NCBI GenBank assembly: GCA_023231475.1
Contig: JALJEE010002494.1
Coordinates: 1 to 52,844 of the forward strand
Direction: 5' to 3'
DNA from: Seison nebaliae
Lineage: Eukaryota
Length of the DNA stretch: 52,844 bases
A program made the translations under genes and the position numbers. Shown here one piece after another: positions 47,051 through 52,844 of this stretch (within the stretch, counting starts at the first letter, position 1; each line of letters begins with the position of its first letter). A model generated the notes under the pieces. The model made no database searches and was not told where the DNA came from. It saw only the letters and a list, made by a program, of their open reading frames with translations.

Positions 47051-47843
47051 CTACTTCCTCTTCTTCCACCATCGTCAACAATGGTGACAATTCACAATAG
47101 GTGTGCAATGTCATTGTCCAATTTACGTGGAAATTTGAACTCAACAATTTGAAGGAATCATAACTCGACTCTGTGATATCGTCATTCCACAGAATAATGA
47201 CTGGAGTGAAGATGCGTGATTGATAATGAACATTTATTAATTCTATCAAATTATCCGATATGGATGATTCATGAATAATGATGGCATCAACAATCGATAT
47301 GGATTCGATATCACAAAACACTTTAAATCTCAACCGTTTTCTCATTATCCAATTATTCTTGGTCGATCGACAATCCCTCTTGTCATCGATCAAAGTGACA
47401 GTGATTCTTCCAGTGAATCTCCGTCGAAGGAACGTGTCCGTCATGTCACCCTCATAATCCATATCGAGATAATCGTAAAGATGAGAAGGGACGACCATCT
47501 CCTCATTTGGGAGTTCGAATCATTCCCTCGCGATTTCCCATTGTCAACGATATTGATTAACATATTTATACAAACAAATCTCCACAAATATCTGATGGTA
47601 CAAATACGTCTCCATTTGGGGCGAATGATCAACATAATACAATTTCTCCAGAGTAAATCTCTTATACAAATTCACATAATTCTCACATTTGTCCGACCAT
47701 TTGAAAATGTGTTTGACTTGACTCTTGAAAAATCCGTCGAAATAATAATACGAGCGAATTTCCGAATAATTTTCTATGCTGTCCGTAAAGAATCTTAACA
47801 AACACGAATAGACGAAAGTAGTTATGATAAACATTAATTTCAT
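46419..47843 (-). pseudogene. Orphan secreted/membrane-anchored protein paralogue with three in-frame TGA codons (pseudogene or recoded gene)
   Basis: ORFs 47544-47843, 46623-47498 and 46419-46616 share one frame, separated only by TGA at 47544-46, 47520-22 and 46623-25. Colinear with 47967-49316 ('RIFTP.I..WNDD', 'FH.NWTMT.HTY.EL.P', 'RL..DAT.RWY'). Confidence 0.7.
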
Positions 47844-47966
47844 TCTCTCTCAATCGAAAATAAAACTATGGTCGTCTTATATATGAGTTGCCGGAAATGA
47901 AGTCGAAATTGGAATGATCGAATTTTTTATTTCATTTAAATTCCAAATTGAATGAAGTTGTATGTG

Positions 47967-49316
47967 TTAGAAAAGAAAATCTACATCATCCGAAAGACGA
48001 ACTTTATGAACAGATCGATCAGAATTTTCTACTTGCATATATCTCGGCGTATCCTCGTACCACCGTTTCGTTGCGTCAACTCGAAGACGTGACAACACTT
48101 GATAAATACGAGACGTTGGCGACATTGAAAATTCGAATTGTTTTATATTTCCACGAAATTCCCCGTCGGCCCATCCTGCCAACTTCTCAATCGTCTCGTT
48201 CAATTTCCCGAATGTCGGGTAGAGGAGACAAGTGGCCAATCGGAAATAATGACGAACTTCCACGAAATTCATGTAACGCTGTTGAGAGAAATTGGGTATT
48301 AATTGATATCGTCCCACAAACCTCGCTAATTGGAAAGTGAAATGAGAATTGGATAAATTCATCACGTCTAAAACTCGACTATGTTTCGCCCGTTTGAAAA
48401 AGGTTCGACAATCACTCGTGGGATTGTGGAAAAATTGTTTGTTCACATTATCAGTCAAATTGGGAAAATGAGCGGAGAAACATTCGGGTAATAATGTCAC
48501 TCTCAGTTTAGTCTTCTCACAATGAGGTTGTGGTTTCTCGATATATTTCAATGTGGGTGGCAATTCCGAATATGTGTGAGATGTCATCGTCCAATTAATA
48601 TGGAAATAAGAAAGAAATAAAGTGAATTTCGAATGAGAATCAATGACATAATCATCATTCCAATAAATGATGGTAGGAGTAAAAATTCTAATACTTAAAT
48701 GATTTTTCATTTTTTCCATCAATCTCTCATCAATCATTCGCCAATGAACGATGACGGCGTTCGAGAGTGACAATGACGCCAAAGTACATTCGATATGATA
48801 TCGTAGGAAAATTCCCACCATGAGTTCCTGTTTAAATTTCGAGCAGTTTTCATGAATTATCGTTACAATAATAAATCCGTGCACATCTCGTGCAATCAAT
48901 TCGGTGGCAGTTTCATCATCTGGAAATACGAAATGATCGTATAATTCCAACGGAATTTCCATCATATCCGTCGGAACTTTCATTATTTCTGGTGCTAATC
49001 TCATTCGATCCTCATAATAATCCGTCAACGAATACAGGAACAATTCACTTAATATTTGCACGGAATGAAACGGATTATATTGGGTCGATGTGGTGAGAAC
49101 GGATTTGTTGTCGAATCGTTCATAGAGATCCACGAGACCTTTATACTGATTACGATAGCCTAACCACACCAGTGCCGTCTTACGAAGAAAAGTATGGAAA
49201 TTGTCTCTATGATAATTCGCTCTGATACGCGACACATTATCCTGTTCTCGATTTAATGAAATTATTATCGTCGTGATCATAAAAATCAAAATTGAAATCA
49301 TTAAACAAAAGTCCAT
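47967..49316 (-). CDS. Orphan ~450-aa protein with an N-terminal hydrophobic signal/anchor; tandem paralogue of 46419-47843
   Basis: Uninterrupted ORF from ATG 49316 'MDFCLMISILIFMITTIIISL'. Clear similarity to the neighbour; no family recognised. Confidence 0.75.
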   Translation of the reverse strand: MDFCLMISILIFMITTIIISLNREQDNVSRIRANYHRDNFHTFLRKTALVWLGYRNQYKGLVDLYERFDNKSVLTTSTQYNPFHSVQILSELFLYSLTDYYEDRMRLAPEIMKVPTDMMEIPLELYDHFVFPDDETATELIARDVHGFIIVTIIHENCSKFKQELMVGIFLRYHIECTLASLSLSNAVIVHWRMIDERLMEKMKNHLSIRIFTPTIIYWNDDYVIDSHSKFTLFLSYFHINWTMTSHTYSELPPTLKYIEKPQPHCEKTKLRVTLLPECFSAHFPNLTDNVNKQFFHNPTSDCRTFFKRAKHSRVLDVMNLSNSHFTFQLARFVGRYQLIPNFSQQRYMNFVEVRHYFRLATCLLYPTFGKLNETIEKLAGWADGEFRGNIKQFEFSMSPTSRIYQVLSRLRVDATKRWYEDTPRYMQVENSDRSVHKVRLSDDVDFLF

Positions 49317-49794
49317 TTTTTCCCACACTAATTCAAATTCGTTAAACTTCTCTCGATTACAACATGTTTTTATGTATGACCTCCTCACAAAATTAATTTT
49401 CTTTCTAATTTTAAAAAAAAACTTTCAATATCGTTTCTTTTCTATCCTTTTAACGCTAAATCTTCTACTTTTAGTTCCTCATATCAATTCACTTGTATAT
49501 TTTCACCTGTTTTATTAGACTGCTCACTTAATTCGTCGGCGGAATAATTCGCAAAATGTTTGATGATCTGAAACTATTTTTTAAATCGGTCGAAAATTTT
49601 AAATTCCTTTTTTTGAAAAACTGATTTTTAAATGATTTCATTTTTCGATTTAACAACCCTCAAATAACTAATGCTCTTATTTGTAGGAATTGTAATGAAA
49701 TAAATGAAAACTAAATAGATATTTTAAGAAACGAAGAAGAATTTTTTATATTTGAATTCTAGTTTGAAATAAAGTTCAGATTTTTGATAAATAA

Positions 49795-50993
49795 TTAGTA
49801 TTCTTGATACATAGAAATCTCAGCTTTCAATGTCGCGTCCAACGATCGTTCACAATTGCAATTGGGGAACGTTTTCTTCATATTCATACTCACCTGTTCC
49901 TCAAACCGTCGTAGACGTTCTCTCATTTTCCGTTTAGCGGCTTCAGTGGACTTTTTCCAGAAATTCGAATGAATTCGATTGAGTAAAGTTGTGTCCCATT
50001 TTTTCAAAGTGAAACAGCGAGGTTGAGTGAAAACGAACGGTTTAAAAAGACTATTCTCCGGGTTGGGTGTCAAAGTAAACCAATGCCAATTGACATTGTC
50101 CGACGAGATCTTACTCACTTGACTGGCCGTTGTTGTAAAATCGGCGGTTGGTGTACGAGCTAAAGGAAATTTTCGGAGAACTTGAAACGCGGAAAATTGC
50201 GTAAATGTTTCTCGTTTGATAATGTTCTGAATTGTTTCTCGTCCACATTTCTCTCGATTATACCAACTTTCCGGTTGACTTTTCAAACTCTCCGTATAGT
50301 AGTCGTGATCGGAAAATTCTTGTTGGAAATTGAATTTTTTTCGACAATCTCCCGGATCGAATGAACAACAATCATAATCAGTTGTTATTGTGTAACCATT
50401 GGAGATGTTATAGAAATCGGCATTAATCTCTTTATACGCTACATATCGTCCTGCTGATTCTAATACGAACAATTTCTTACTGTCACAAATGAGATAAGCG
50501 TTACAATATCTCAAATTTATATCTTCCGCACATTTCCCTCCAATCTTTATCGATTCATCCGCATAAATTCCTGCAATTACTTTCACCGCATCACTCGCAC
50601 ACATCGATCGTTCTAAAGCAATTCGAACGATGTCCATACCAACCAGTCCATCGTCACTCATACTCTCACTAAACCGACTGAAAAGTGCCTCATTTCCAAT
50701 CGTAACACCGAACTCATTCGATCCCATTTCGGCGCCCCAACACCATTCGGGACAACTTAAGACACAGGCAAATGTTTCAGGAACCTGATCAATTTCCGTA
50801 TAAGTGCACTTAAAGAAAATTGTTGAGAATTGATGAGAGAATGTGAAAAAACTTTCAATTTAGATCCCTCGTCATGATACTGTCTGGGAACGGTAAACAG
50901 ATACTGTTTTTCTTTCGCTGGTCGATCGGAATTCTTACCGAAAATCATTTTTCCGTTTGTCGACCGTACGGCGAATGTGTCACATGAAGACAT
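49795..50993 (-). CDS. SCRN: Secernin (peptidase C69 family, Ntn hydrolase); 2 exons
   Basis: 'SCDTF...IFGKNSDRP'. Intron 50809-50852 gives 'LKCTYTEIDQVPETFACVLSCPEWCWGAEMGSNEFGVTIGNEA', followed by 'LVGMDIVRIALER' and 'SLFKPFVF'. Confidence 0.92.
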
Positions 50994-51051
50994 TTGTAGA
51001 AAGAAAATGAACAGAAATTTATTTCAAAAAATTAATCTAATTCAAAAACAA

Positions 51052-51684
51052 TCAAATATTGGAATGTAGTTCATCGATGAAATGATGGAAAACGGTGGGA
51101 TATAATGGTGAATGATAAACTTTTAAATTTCCTAAAATGTTCGACGATGGGAGAGAGAAAAAAACATTCTTCAATTCGTTTGGACTCGTTTTAATAAAAT
51201 ACTTATTCTCACATTTCTTTTCCGAAAACTTCAGGTCAATTCCCATCTGATTAGCTAATTCGGCTTGATGGTTATCCATCAACTCGTCGTTTACTACTAC
51301 GATAAGTGGAGTTGAATGTTTTTTCAGGGAAAGAGATTCCAATATGGAACCCGATCCACAATGACTAATGATCAAATCGGAATTTTTAATATATTCCTGG
51401 AAATTTTTAGTAAAACGGAAAATAAAAGTTTCTTCGTCGAATTCGTAAACATTTCCATTTTTCAATTCGTCATCGATCGATTGAAGATGATGCTGATTGA
51501 TCACTAATTCATCAATATCCACTAGATTCATCGTGCCAATTTGTATGAAAACTCTCTTCATATGAAATCTTTCCTTCAACAATTTTAAACAATCGAAAAC
51601 GGCATTGATCAATGAATGAAATTGTGTTGTGCCAACTGTAATGAAAACATTTTTGAATTGAATTTCTCCTTCCATCATACCCAT
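51052..51684 (-). CDS. ALG13: UDP-N-acetylglucosamine transferase catalytic subunit ALG13 (short form)
   Basis: 'VFITVGTTQF', 'IQIG', 'SDLIISHCGSGSILESL', 'LIVVVNDELMDNHQAELA'. Confidence 0.92.
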   Translation of the reverse strand: MGMMEGEIQFKNVFITVGTTQFHSLINAVFDCLKLLKERFHMKRVFIQIGTMNLVDIDELVINQHHLQSIDDELKNGNVYEFDEETFIFRFTKNFQEYIKNSDLIISHCGSGSILESLSLKKHSTPLIVVVNDELMDNHQAELANQMGIDLKFSEKKCENKYFIKTSPNELKNVFFSLPSSNILGNLKVYHSPLYPTVFHHFIDELHSNI

Positions 51685-52315
51685 AAAATTCAATTCCTAT
51701 TCAATTCATTGTTATTCATCAATTCATTTATGTTCACTTTCTAAACGTTTTCTTCAATTAAATTTAATTTCTAAAATTTCTAATTAGTAGTCTAATAATT
51801 TAGGATGATATTGAGGAAAAAGTTAAAAATTATTCAAATTTAGCTCAATCAGAAAACTTCTTAATTGGATTTTTAGAAGACGATTGAAATTAAATTAATC
51901 GCGTAAATTCCATAAACTTTAATCGAAGAAGGAACAAAAATTTAATTTTCTTAAATTATTTTATTTAATTAACGTGTATTTGTTCCAACATTTTTCCTTT
52001 ACTAAACGATCCAAGGAATCTTTTGTAGGTGACCTTTATTCTGAATATAATTACGTTGTTCATTAGAAAAAATGAAACGTATTATCTCAACTTTCTCAAG
52101 TGACAAGCTGTTCAAAAATTAGTGGTAGGTTATTGGTGCATTACATAATCCAAATGGCAATTTTGTACGTTTGTTCTCTGTATTTTTAATAATGTGATGA
52201 TAATCGATGATTTAATACTTTTTCTAAGTTGTTTGTTGTGATGAATAGCAATATTGACGGGAATTTCCGTTAGATAAATTCGCAAGATAAATTTTTAATT
52301 AAGTATATTATTATA

Positions 52316-52844
52316 TTATTCATCCAATTTCTTAGATCTATTCATCTCAGATAACCCATCCCTCAGATGAATAGGAATAAATGATTCGAGATTAAAATTG
52401 CTTACGAGTCCTTCCAACTCTTCCATGGAGATGGGATATTGTAAGGCATAGTATTGGCAGAAAAATTTTGCAGGACTGTTGAATTGTTCACACTCTGCAT
52501 ATGTCGGATGAGGAAAAGAAGATATAATAATCGCTCGGATAAATTTCGATCTGATTTTATCGATGGACGATGAAGATTTCAAACGATTATCGATTCTACA
52601 TCCGAGGAAAATGAGATCATTATAAACTATTTCTCGAAGTTCAGAATAACGAGGTAAAATCGTTCGATTAGTTATGATTTTGGACTTCCTGTTGTTACAT
52701 TCAATTCCGCACTGGCTCATTCTTCTCACCATTACATCATAAACCGTTTTCAGATTTTTTGATAAGACTGCGAGGATGACTATATCATCAGCATATGCAA
52801 GAACTGCGGGATAATTATAGTTTTCCAATCTAAACGAGAATCGG
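52316..52844 (-). mobile_element. Non-LTR retrotransposon reverse-transcriptase fragment, running off the window end and apparently truncated C-terminally
   Basis: 'VLAYADDIVIL' catalytic motif, then 'GIECNNRKSKII' and 'LIFLGCRI' in the order of LINE RT domains 5-7. Confidence 0.75.

Noticed and set aside
46419..47843. Selenoprotein or genome-wide UGA reassignment
   Set aside because: The TGAs do not align to Cys, no convincing SECIS was seen before the AATAAA, TGA terminates other genes, and conserved genes show no internal TGA.

Overview
Very AT-rich, gene-dense eukaryotic DNA from a metazoan with a compact genome. The animal assignment is inferred from a Neto-like CUB/LDLa protein, a rhodopsin-type peptide GPCR and a mitochondrial-clan P450; the species cannot be identified from sequence alone. 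Genes reconstructed by hand, left to right: UBAP2/lingerer-like (+), ABCF2 (-), a broken tRNA-Cys copy, UBE2Q (-), two tandem anoctamins (-), a mitochondrial CYP (-), a candidate structured non-coding RNA gene with a TATA/Inr promoter (+), an orphan type-I membrane protein (-), a STAR/KH protein (+), a single-exon 12.45-kb VPS13B (+), a GPCR (-), Neto (-), two orphan paralogues (-; one carries three in-frame TGA codons), secernin (-), ALG13 (-) and a non-LTR reverse transcriptase fragment. Main signals: (1) 22 of 24 reconstructed short introns begin GTT and none begins GTRAG, suggesting a divergent 5' splice-site recognition system; (2) an unannotated, hairpin-dense ~280-nt transcription unit at about 21.4-21.7 kb ends in a canonical-looking donor followed by a repeat array; (3) both anoctamins have lost conserved Ca2+-ligand glutamates; (4) one orphan paralogue keeps a full-length reading frame interrupted only by TGA. 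All exon structures are manual predictions without RNA evidence.
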